Shown here piece after piece: positions 51,155 through 62,545 of a stretch of 64,000 bases of DNA. The DNA lies in assembly GCA_013265495.1 (NCBI GenBank), contig MU063444.1, positions 1,624,195 through 1,688,194 on the forward strand. The letters run 5' to 3'. The notes below the pieces were generated by a model. It had not been told where the DNA came from and did no database searches. It worked only from the letters and a program-made list of their open reading frames with translations. The stretch comes from Vicugna vicugna (Eukaryota). The position numbers and the translations under genes are program-made. Each line of letters starts with the position of its first letter. The stretch's first letter is position 1.

Positions 51155-51999
51155 TCCATGCCTCTTAAAATTATTCAAATGATAAACATTTGGTTTTATA
51201 GTTTCTGATAAAGTTAAGTTACTTAATAAAGAGAAGGATACAATAAAACACTTGAACAAGACTCTAGTTGAAAGGGTGCTGGGGAAAATCCTTGACTCTT
51301 TGGAGGCTCATCTTTTTTCCACCCTAAATACTTTGTGATGACTCTACCTCAAGTCTGAAGTGCAATGAAAATACTATTTATTGGTAGGAACTGTTAGGTG
51401 CAAAAATCACAGACTTTCCTGTACTAGCTGGAATACACGCATACATTACAATATACGTACACACACACGTCACAGTAAGCAGCCCAGGACAATGACGGGC
51501 AAGGCTGGTAGCTAACGTGGAGGCCAAGAGGTCACTCAGAGAAAAAAGGATCTGTAATACACAACAGAAACTACCTCCTCAAATAGGGGGCCCAGGTCCC
51601 GAGAAAAGAGGCAAGGAGGCAGCAGTCAGATGGGGGGAGGAAACAAATTCCCAACCAGGAGTGCACGTTCAGTTGAGGTGCTCACTACACCCATCAACTG
51701 CACCCAGCTGAGGGCCCATGACCATGGAGCACGCCCCTGATGGCTCCATGTCCTCACCTGTCCGCTCCTCTGCCCCACGGAACCCAGAGAACCGCTGTGC
51801 ACTTTTGTGAGGTCAGGAAGGATAAACAAAGATGTTGAGCCCTTTCCCTTCCCTCCCTGTCTCTTCTCTAGCTTTTGTCGTTCTTCTTCTGCGTATACAG
51901 AGATGGGGGTACCAACACCTTAAAACTCCATCTTCTGCTGGTCCTTCCTGCATCCAAGGTAGCCTTGGAGCAACACTCTGTTAATAGCTGGTCATGGGA

Positions 52000-52150
52000 A
52001 GAGTAAACACATAGTGGGAATCTACTGTATGCCAGATTCTGCTGTTCTAAGAATTTTGAAATGAATTAACTTATGTAAGCTTTTAAGAGTAAAACACTGT
52101 TAATTTTCCCATTTTATACATGAAGAGATTGTGGCACAGAAAATTAGTAT
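52000..52150 (-). mobile_element. MIR
   Basis: tactgtatgccag...ttccccattttatacatgaagagattgtggcacaga. Confidence 0.7.
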
Positions 52151-52474
52151 TTCGAAGAAAGCTATTAAAAACCTTAAATAGAGAAACTGAAATTCAAATC
52201 CATAAAAAAATGACAAAATCTGAAGGCAGACTGCATTTTTTGTCTTCTATTTATCCATTTTTGTATTATTAAAACAACTGGCCAAAATTATTGTAGTAAC
52301 TCTTTTTTTCTAAAGTAACTATCTTTCTAAATGGTTTCTTTTTAAATGTCTCTATCACACGTAGTTTTTACCCAACTAATGTACAGCTTAGAAAAATGTA
52401 AAAAAAAAAAGAAAACAGTTATATATGTTCTTTTCCTATATCCTTATCACTTTCATGTTGCCTTCACATGTTAA

Positions 52475-52908
52475 TTTTTAACAGCTATACTGAAGCCTGA
52501 CTGACATGATAAACTACACAAAAAGAAGTTGTGTAATTTAGCAAGTGGAACATATGTATACAATTGTATACATACATGACATGAATACACAATCAAGATG
52601 GGGAACTATCACCCCAAGAAGTGTCCTCGTGCCCTTGGTAATCCCTTCTCCCTTCTTGGCCCCACTCCCACCTCTGTCTCCTGGTAAGAACTGATCTGCT
52701 TTCTGTCCCTATATGCTACTTTACAGTTCATAAAATTTTATACAAACGGAGTCATATAGCATGTATTCTTTTTCATCTAGCTTCTCTTACTCAGCATAAT
52801 TCTGTTGTGGTTCATCCACAATGTGGCGTGAATCAGTAACTCATTCCTTTTTATTGCTGAGTAGTACTTCATTGTATGGATACACCAGTTTGTTCATCTG
52901 ATCACTTA
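52475..52908 (-). mobile_element. L1MB-like 3' end
   Basis: actgatctgctttctgtc...ggagtcatatagcatgtattc...ttttattgctgagtagtacttcattgtatggatac. Confidence 0.8.
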
Positions 52909-52949
52909 TTGTGAGTAAGTTTTAACTGAGTTTTTCTTTATCACTTGGG

Positions 52950-53300
52950 AACCAAAATAACCATACGTGATACAATCTACAATAACTAGTCAGAAAATAA
53001 AATTGGGAAAAGATAAGAAATGCTATGAAATACCTAGAGAGGAAAAGTAAACTAACAAGAAGTGTACAAGCCTTACATGAAGAAAACTGAAAACTTCTAA
53101 AGGAAGATTCAAATACAGGGAGAGAAGTCAACACACTCAAGGATGAGAAGAAGCTATACAAAGATGTCAGTTCTCCTAGGGTTCACCTAGAAATCCAATG
53201 CAGTCTTTATCAAAGCCCAAAGAGATTTTTTTGGATGGAATTTGTTAAGACGACTCAAGGATCGTTTGGAAGAGAAAATGCACAAAATACTAAGGAACCA
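52950..53300 (+). mobile_element. Ancient L1 ORF2 fragment
   Basis: caagccttacatgaagaaaactgaaaacttctaaagga...aaagatgtcagttctcc...aaatccaatgcagtc. Confidence 0.7.
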
Positions 53301-53559
53301 TCCTAACAAGCTCTTTCTTTGAAGTGTCCAGAGCAGCCCCCTTTCCGGACATCCAGCAGCACACCCAGGCCATGGCTCCAGCCACACCCCATCTCAAGTC
53401 CTCCTGAGAGAGCCACTTCCCAGCCCACCCCAGGAGTATGGCCCCGGGAGGTCAAAGGCATTAGGATCTGGGGTACACAGCCTGTTGGGACAGAAGCACT
53501 ACCTTTATTGTCCAGTGCTCTTTCTCTCTTCTGGATTGTTCTTTGGGTGTGGTTTGTAT

Positions 53560-53890
53560 GAGGCTGACACCCACCCTTTCCTTCAGGTGTGGTGTGGGCA
53601 CAGGACCAAAGCCTCTTTAAGAAGTTCCAATGGAACATCACCCAAACCAGGTCAGTGCGACTTAATTCTAAGATGTTGGCTGTTGGGTAGGATTCATCTC
53701 TTTGTATACTGTTTTTCAGGGATCACTACCTTTCACTGCCTGATGCCCAGTGTCTTAAAAACCATTGTTTTATATGATAGGTAGACAAACAGATAGACAG
53801 ACAGACAGACAGCTAGCTAGCTAGCTAGCTATTGTTTCAGGCAGGAGGATAAATCTTGCCCTTTTCTTCCTTCTTGCCCTGAAGCAGTTC
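53560..53890 (-). mobile_element. Ancient L1M 5'-end fragment
   Basis: tttcagggatcact...cccagtgtcttaaaaaccattgttttatat...ttgtttcaggcaggaggataaatct. Confidence 0.55.
53795..53830. repeat. Compound microsatellite (AGAC)4(AGCT)5
   Basis: agacagacagacagac agctagctagctagctagct. Confidence 0.95.
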
Positions 53891-54592
53891 TCAAATATTA
53901 ATCTGTAATGCTTACATGTCCAAAACTTACCTATTTCTCTATTATTGTTGGAAACGTAGAATGTGTCCATTTTTTCCTTTTTTGTGCACATGCATTAGTT
54001 TGGAGTATATTTTAAGGTTGTACAGCAACATGGACAGCTAAGAATATGCTGTTGTTTAGTCACAGTGGTAGTATTTTTCTTCAGAAAGCATAGATTAATT
54101 ATCCTTAAAAAAAAAAAAAAAGCCCTAAGAACTGACTCATGGATTTAAAGATGCGTGGCAACCACAGAATCTTAAATTCTTCTTCGTAAGAATATTTTGG
54201 CACAGAGATAGCCAAATTAATTATAGGCCTTGGCCTAGAATACATGACTGTCACTCTACTGACCTGGAATAAAAACCCTGGTGGGCCTGACTCACTGCAG
54301 CTCACTTAGATTCTGACACTTGGACAAGCAAAGCAGTGGGGTCACTGACACCCCGGGGAGCTGTGCTCCAGGCTATTGGAACTTCTCTGTGTCCCGTGTC
54401 TCACGGCCTGTGTGCCTAGGACTTCTGTCCGGGTGGTGGTAGGGGAGGGGAAGATGATGGGAAAAGAATGCCTCCAACTCTGACCCTCTGGGCGCGGTGC
54501 TCTGTCCACTAATGGTTTGGGGGGTAGGGGAAGCTAAGACATCTGTGCCCTGCACCACCCAGCAAACTGGCTCAGACACCCATAGTCCGATG

Positions 54593-54609
54593 GGGTCAAA
54601 GTAGGGTCA
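54593..54609 (+). promoter_or_regulatory. DR5 nuclear-receptor element (RARE-type)
   Basis: GGGTCA aagta GGGTCA. Confidence 0.4.
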
Positions 54610-54856
54610 TCCCACAACCCTCAGGAGAGAGACACGGGCACACTGCATAGCCTGAGGTGCTGGGTGAACGCCCTGCGAGAAGAACCTACCGACTACTTCC
54701 CGTAAAGAGTATCAGGAAAGTGACGGGACAAAGCAGAGTGACTGATGTGTCATTTGCTATCTGGGCTTCGGGGGTCCTTAGGCTGGCAAAGCTCTCCCCT
54801 TGAGCTCCTGCCAGGTTAGAAATCATTTGCCAGTGGCAAAGGACAATTTCACAGCA

Positions 54857-55102
54857 CTTTGTTAGGGGTGACAACAAAGTGTGGGTATGGGTTTGGCTTT
54901 TGAAAGGTATTTGTCTTATTTGACCTGATATTTAGGTGATTTTGAAGCAAACCATTAAGTACACAGAAACAAAACATCAGATCAAAAGATCAAACTTAAA
55001 AAGAATGCCGACAAGATCAAAGCCTCCGGTTCCTCTTCTCTTGTTGCAGGAGTGCCTAGCGGAGGGAGAAAACATTTCTTTTGAGAAATACTCTTTTCAA
55101 AG
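54857..55102. promoter_or_regulatory. Candidate Wnt-response element (TCF/LEF motif cluster)
   Basis: CTTTGTT 54857, AACAAAG 54873, AGATCAAAA 54979, AGATCAAAC 54987, AGATCAAAG 55014, TTCAAAG 55096. Confidence 0.45.
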
Positions 55103-55829
55103 AAAGATCAGAATCTGGGCTTTCAGAGAACGGCCAAAGGGTGGAGAGAGAGAGGGTGGGGGAAAAATCAGTAACGGCGTTCAGAGCAAACCTTTCGGCT
55201 ACTAGTCCAGACAAGTTGGTGTGTCCCTTGGATGTTTGAAAGCTCATGAGAGAACCACCCCATTGCTGGTGAATTTGCTTAGAATCTTTCCCAATACTGG
55301 TAGGGTCCAGAGTCCAGAGTGATGCCACCTGGCTGTGTGGGGCTGGTGCCCTCCGACCGAGACTGACCAGCTGCTGCAGCCGTCGGCCCCCAAGCAGAGC
55401 AAGTGGTGGCGAGCCGTCCTCACCGGGCAGGGACTTCACCAGAGCTGTATTTGGGAAGGGACATCAATGCAGAAAGGACAGAGAATCAGCCCCTTTGTCG
55501 GGCCATGATTCCAGGATTCCATCAGGACAGAATATGTAATGGGTGAACCTCCTGTTGATGCACAAGGGCCTGGCTCAGCATCCGGGGCAGAAAAGGAGCT
55601 GGGGAAGATTATCTGTGAATGGCAGACACTGCCCCGGGGGCTGACATCACACTTCGTGGGCTGCAGCTCACTGACGGGGGGATTTCTCTCATTCTCCTAC
55701 AGCTGTCCAGTGACAGTAAGTGTGCGGCAGGCTTGGAACCCTTAACCAACCCCAACTGAACAAGAAGTCCTTCCTGATCTTGGAGCCAACCCTTCACTGC
55801 AGGTCTCACCTGTGTCCTCCATCTGGCCA

Positions 55830-56300
55830 CTGGGAAAAAGAGTTGTGAAAGATTTCACAAAGAGCCCATTTCCCTAGACAGGAGCTCCTACAAATCACTA
55901 CGCATAAGATCGGTATTAAAAAACTGGCAAAGCATACGAAAAAGCAGTTCATGAGAAAGGAAACTCATATGGCTTTTTGACAGGAAATTGTGCATAGTCT
56001 CACTTAAAGTAAGTAAAATACACACTAAAACTATAGCAAAACACCATTTGCACCTCTCTGGCAGAGATAAAACAACTGAGGGGGCATCGGGAAAGAGAGC
56101 TGCCGTGTGGAGAGTAAGCTGCCATCTGTGTAAAAAGGGGAGGGCAAGGAATAGCTAACACTCTCCTTTGGAGCTAAAGCATCTTTGGAGGGATGTCCAG
56201 AAAAATGACCATTTTGGCTGCCTCCAGAGACGAGAATCTGGTGCCCAGAAAACAGGATTGGACCGAAGATTGTTTACGCCATATTCTTTTCATCAGTGGA
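55830..56300 (+). mobile_element. Ancient L1ME-like 3' fragments
   Basis: aaaaactggcaaagcatacgaaaaagcagttcatgagaaaggaaactcatatggc; taaaactatagcaaaacaccattt. Confidence 0.55.
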
Positions 56301-59300
56301 AATTTGAACCTGAGACTGCCTTAAAGCTAAACTCATTCCTTCAATAACTAAGGAAAGAAGATCTTTTTGGGGACCTTGTTTTGATGGACGTACTGACGTG
56401 CCAACCTGAACGGGAGACTCTGTATCTTCAGTGATCCAAAGGTAACAATTTCCCTTAAAAAGACAACAGATCGGCACATTATTGTTTGTGAAGGTTTTTC
56501 AGACATTTTCTTTTTGAGTCCTTGAAATAACCCTCAGAGGTGGGCACTATTTTTATCTTGGTTTTTCAGAGGTGGATGAGTTCAGCTCAGAGAGGCAGCT
56601 TTCTTCGTCCAGAGAGGGGAGCTGCAGAGCTTGGACTGGACACTAAGTTAACCTGGTAGCCTCACGACGCTTCATTTTTAGATCTGCCTGGTTTAGGACT
56701 CAGAGGCCATGAACCTGCCCTAAGCCATGGGGGAAGCGGACAAGGGAGTGAGTGAGGGTGGCTGGCAGGCTGAGGCTGTGATGACCAGTGAAAGGTCCTG
56801 CTTGGGTGCAGCCCCGAGGCCTATCCAGCCCTTCCAGAGAGGAGGCAGGGCCCAGGGTAGAGGAGGGAGAAGAGCTTCTCCAGGGCCCAGGCAACACCTC
56901 AGGCTGCAGTCACAGCCATGGCTTAGGAGGCAGGGAGGCTGGGGCAAAACCTGAATGCACATCCAGAGCAGCGCAAGAGCAGACGTTTGGGGCAAGGCTT
57001 CCTGCCCAAACCACAGGCATCTTCCTCCTACTCCAAGCTCAGGCCCCCTCACACTCGGGGCTGCCTCTTCTCTCCACACTAGCCCTCCCTGCTTTGTGCC
57101 TTCAGCCCCCTGAAGACCTTCACCCTGGAAGTGACAGTTATCCAGGAGGCTCGCCAGGGATGTCCATCATCCCCAACCAACTGCGTTTCTCCAGCGCCCC
57201 AAGACTGCAGAGCCTAGAGGCCCAGACTGTGTCCGTCTCGGTGGTGGGATGCTGTCATTCCATCTGGTCAAACACTGTTCACTGTTTGTGCAAACCGCTC
57301 ACTGAAGGGGGCAAAGGCCGATGCACAGGGCACTCCCTGCACATTAAGGGCGCAGTGGTCACTCCAGGAGCTCACGACAGAGCCAGCTCAAAATCTCAAC
57401 GGGTTGTGGCAGGGTTGGGTGGGGGCTGGATCTGGGACAAATAAAGAGGGAGCAGAAGAGCAAAGGGGAAGGTCACCAAGCAGGTAAGGCTGGGGCTGAG
57501 AAAGGGATGAGGAAACAACAGGCAGGAAGAAATGGTGGATGGAAGGGAAGTCGGCCCCAGTGGCAGAGAGAGAGACACAGTTTTCTGCTGCCTCCAGGAC
57601 TGAAACAATGTGATGAGATGATTCCACTTCCTGTTTTCTGCCCCTGAGCTATGGATTTCGGCTCGGAATGGGATATGATGCTTATCTTTATATTGAATTT
57701 TCTCTGTCCAAAATTCAGATACAAAAGACGCTCACATGGGGTCTGGTTATATAAGTTCCCTCTGCCCAGCACAGGACACAGAGCTGGGAATGACAGAGGA
57801 CATGTTTTAGATTCGCCTTTCACCCAGTAGACATCACAGCTCTCTGGGGATTTGAGCATCTTCAGCTAGAGAGCAGGTTTTCTGGCTGGAGATTTGGGTC
57901 TTGTGGAAACGGAGCTTTTCTCTCAACTAAATCTTTCCAGTAAAGACTCAAACCCTCATAAGCTGATATGCACATTCGCCAGAGTCCAAGTGTACAAAGC
58001 AGAGCCATCAAGAAAGTACTGCACTGAAGCAACAGTCACATTTGCTTGTCAAGTTTAGTCCAGTGAATCATACTATTTACTGGGACGACATATGGGGACA
58101 TTTAAGGACAGGACCTGTAGGCTTGTTTTCTTAAACCAGGTTGGAGCTTCTTTGGAATCTCAGACCCATGAGTCTATGTGACATGATATGACTGCATTAA
58201 GTACCTGAGGAGTGACCTCTAGGATGCTTGAGTCTGAGCTGAGTATGAAAAGTCCTAAAGGGAACACAGTGATTTACCCGACAAGGATGAGAATTACACT
58301 AATGTTCAGTTTGAGTCTGGTTACTCTTTGTATATAGTTTTGTGGGGAAAGGCAACTTCAAGTGATTTCACAAACAGAAAAAAAACATGAAACAGAGCTG
58401 TGTGATCATTGAAAAAAACCCATCTTTCACTTTTCTCTTCCTAACTGAGCCCCAGTTTTCCTCAGATGCACGCTCCCTCTCCACATGCTTGCCTGCAGGA
58501 TGCTGAGCACCCTCACTGCCCTCCAATCCCCACCCCCCACCCTCGGGTACAGGAGGACGCCTCTGATGTCTGAGCAAATCCTGGTAGCTGACAACCAGCC
58601 AGGGCCCTGGCCCAAATCTGGTCACTGAGGCTTCAGGGGACGTCTGCTGGGGGCTTCTTGGGAAGGGTCCCTTCTCGAAGACCTGGGCAGGGCTTGGAGA
58701 ATCTCTGGAGGGTCTATCTTGATATGATCTGGAGCCATGGCAAATGTCCTGCTACAGCCCAAGAAAGCAGCTCACGGAAGGAGAGCACTTTGAGGACGAG
58801 GAGGAAGGAGGACCTCAGAGCCTTCTGGACTCCTGGACTTGCTTCCATGGGATGTAACACACCCCCCTCCCTGCATGAACGGTTTGACTCAGAGGTTTTA
58901 TGATTTGCTGGTAACTATCAGTACCTAATACATGACCCTGAGAATGCTTTGAGGGGCCTTGACTTATACTCCAAGGTATCAGCAGCCTAAGACCTGCCAG
59001 CCCTACTCAGGGACCTGCCCAGTACCTGTGTCTACTCAGAGAAGAACCCTCCTCGAGGTAATTCTTTGAATGGCCACCATTGCCAACCTAGTCTTGAAAT
59101 GTTGTGATGGTCAAAGATGGCAGACTTTTGTGGTCCCCTTTGTTCTGGTTCACAAGAAAGCAGGGTCTCCCAAGATGGGCACCCCCAACTAACTGTTGGG
59201 GACCCATAGCATGGAGCACACTGGGTATGGGGAAGGGGGCTCCATGTCACAGAGCACTGTGGGAGGAGCATCTGAAATAACGGGGCAACTCTTGAGGCTT

Positions 59301-60064
59301 CCAAACTTTTGCTATCATAGCTTCCTCTCCCATACATTCACACATTTTTAGTTAACTGATTTCAATTGTTTTGTTACTACTGTTACAGCAATTGTAAACC
59401 ACACATTTAAAATATTCTTAATTTTGGAATAACACATCATCACCTGAGCGCACCGACCATTTAAAGATCATGGCTCTGATTTGCCAAGTTTACCATTTTC
59501 AGTTATCAGAGGGAGAAGATACAGTGCACTAAAGTGACTGGAAAATGATTACATCCCCAAGGGCTACTCAATACTCTGAATTCCTAGATTTTACAATCAT
59601 CTGTACTCAAAACCCACCACAATAATCATAAACACTGTCACAAAATTCTCTCAGAAACTCAGCATTACTGAAAACGCCCACAAAAGCCAAAGCGAGCTTA
59701 ATACGATGTGGTGACTGAATACCAACATACTATACTGACAAAAAGGCAAGGCTGAAATTAACTTTCAGCAGGATGAGAGCCTGAGCGGCATCCCACAGCA
59801 TCCCGCAGAATCTAAGGTCAACAGAGCAGGAGGAATCTGGGGGCAGATTCACCAGACCTCTCCTCACTGTACAGAGGAGACAGCTCAGATGGCAGGGCAG
59901 AAGCCCAAGGTGGGGAGACAGTCAGTTTAACATCCAGGAATGGACCCTGACCTTCATCTTCTCCATTAAGGTAACCTTATTTTGGTACAAGACCTGGTGA
60001 GGTCTCTGCCATATTTGACTACAGGAATGGCAATAATGATGGTGGTGGTGGCGGCAGTGACCGT

Positions 60065-60290
60065 GATGATGACAGCTAAGTATACTGAAGAGTTGCTACA
60101 TACCATACTTTATGTGAATTAACCCATTTAATCAGACAACAGTTGGATGCAGAGGCTCAATTATTACCTCTATTTAACAGACAGGGAAATTGAGACAGAG
60201 GTTAAGTAACATCCACCCAGCTGGAAAGGGGAGGCACTAGGATTTGAACTCGCACAGTCTGGCTTCTGAGCCTCTGCTCTCACTCTTCAG
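60065..60290 (-). mobile_element. MIR, near full length
   Basis: tttatgtgaattaacccatttaatc...ggaaattgagacagaggttaagtaac...aggatttgaactcgcacagtctggcttctgagcc. Confidence 0.85.
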
Positions 60291-60469
60291 GTTAGACTGC
60301 CTCTCTTCTACATGTCTGCCATCCTCACCTGGCTTCCACTCCTCAGTGAGCCCTGCCGAGCCACGTGGTGGTCTCAGTGACTAGTGGGCTGTACTGGGAA
60401 GGCTTCAGAGAGGCCCAAGCAACTGGGCGACTTCTACTGCTGAGGTACTGAATGATGGGGAAGCAACCT

Positions 60470-60690
60470 TTTAAAGCTCGTGCCAGGGGCCGCCCAGAAT
60501 TATTCAGACTCCTCTATGTCACAGGCTCCCTGAGGGGAGGGACTGTGGCACACAGACACTGAATACCGTTTCCTGATACTCTGGACCACCAATACCCTTC
60601 AAAGCTCTTGCCTATAAGTAGGCAATTGTAGCCTATAACTACAATTCCCAGGCTCCCTTTTCAGCTGGTGCTGGATGGATTAGATTCTGC
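60470..60690. mobile_element. ERVL-type LTR remnant (LTR16/LTR33-like)
   Basis: aactacaattcccaggctccctttcagctgg, typical of these LTRs. Confidence 0.4.
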
Positions 60691-60759
60691 TCGTGAGATC
60701 AGGCAGAGAAGTCACTATTCATGGGAAGCAGCACAGGCAGTCAGAGATTTGGAGATGGC

Positions 60760-61130
60760 AGGTGCGAGTTGGGTGGAGAAGGCTTCACAGAGGAGTTGAC
60801 ACTTTATCTGCATGTTAAAGGATTAGATGCAGTTTGTGAGACAGAAAGGACGCAGAAGGACTCCCTGGAGAGAGGACAGCTGGAACCAGTGTATGTAGGG
60901 TGTGTGGAGGCGTGATGAGCCCAGGACCCAGCCGGGGGAGCGGTGTGGCTGGTGGAGTCTGCAGGAAGACGCTAAGAGGTGCGGGTGGAGGGCACAGAGG
61001 CGGGGGTAGGGGCGGCTGTAAGAGGCTTTGTGCGCCATGCTTAGGAGCTTGTACCTTATTCTGTCAGTAGGAGAGAACTGTAAGGAGGATGCGAAAGGAA
61101 GCATCAGATTTGGTTTATAATGACAATGTG
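60760..61130 (-). mobile_element. L2
   Basis: gagaaggcttcacagaggagttgacacttt...gccatgcttaggagcttgtaccttattctg. Confidence 0.7.
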
Positions 61131-62394
61131 ACCTCAAGTCGATATGGGCAGCAGCAGTGACGTGAGAACTCCCTCCTTTTTTCAAAACACATCAAAATGC
61201 AGGGTATTCCACAACCCAAATGACAGGGAGACACATCACTCAGTTTGAAAGCAAGGGAAAGGACTCTAAGAGGGTAGTGGAGGGTGGGACAGGAAGCTGA
61301 ATCCTCTGGGGATCCCCACCACAGAGGTGGCTGGAGGTGGCACTAGCCTCGGGGGAGCTCAAGGCCACTGGCCTCAGACCTGCTAAACCAGAGCTGAGCT
61401 CCCTGGCTGAAGCTGGGAGTCAGGAAGGTCTGTCCTGCCTGGAGGAGGCGCACAGAAAACCGCCCAGCAGCTCCGTGCCATCGGTGCAGAGAATTACCCA
61501 TGAGACGTTAGAGGCCTTTGGTGGAGGAGGGGCGGTGGTGAAAGTCTGAAGGAGACATGGAGGAGCCAGAGGAAGAGCACAGCATGAGTATCTACAGAGG
61601 GAACTCCAGGACTCAGGGCTGTAAGACATCAAAGGGCCGGAGCAAGAAGCCCAGGTCTCCGAGGTCCTCATGGCTGGAAGCCGACTGATGGAGGGGCAGG
61701 GGCGGGGCCAGGCTGCAAAGGGCCTTGAGGTGACACCCAGATCATTGCAGAACAAGCAGAATGAGGGTCATAGTCGGAAGGAGGAGGAAGAATCACACTG
61801 GCGAAATGGACAGCGAACACAGCAGTGAGAGTTAATCTCCCAATTTTTCCCAAGCAGAAAAAGATCTAATCTTCCAATTTCCCCCAAGCTTCAGACTTCT
61901 GCAAATGGGGCGTGAGACAGTGAGGGGGGCTGTGCCCCATGTGCTAACATGTACCAGCTTTCTGCCAGGAATGTGTTGTCTCCTTGCCTCCCTGAAGCCC
62001 GTCCATCCTTCAGGGACCCAATGACTGCAGGAATTTCTCTCCCTTCTACAGCTGCCATGAGTGCCCGCCGCGCTCTGGCCTGCACTAATCTGCTGTTTTG
62101 TTTTCCTGTGCATGCTGTGTGACCCTGGACTCCTTCTGGACCCCTGGCTCCTCCCTCTCTGCAATCGTCAATGCCTAGCACTGGCAGCGGTGGCTTCTTC
62201 CTGCTACAGGTGCTTGGAAAGCAGAACACAGGGTATGCCCAGCTTTTTGATTTTGAGACTAATGCCACACTGTATGAGGGGCCCAGGAGGTTTTTCAGCA
62301 TCTCACATTGGCAAAGAGGGAGACCAAAGGATGCTGAGGTTGAGCCCTCCTTAAAGGACTGGCAGACCTTTCTTCCTCAGAATGTAGGTCTAAT

Positions 62395-62545
62395 CCAGGG
62401 GGGGTCTCCATCCTTGCTGCACATCAGAATCACCTCTACAGCTTTGAAACACAGATTTCCAGGCCCCTCCAGACCCAGAAGTCAGAATCTTTGAGGGGCT
62501 AGGAGCAACACTTTCTTAAAGTATCATAAGTTAAGAGCCATTGAA
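62395..62545. mobile_element. MER5A-like MITE
   Basis: ttgctgcacatcagaatcacct...caggcccctccagacccagaagtcagaatct...taagttaagagccattg. Confidence 0.75.
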
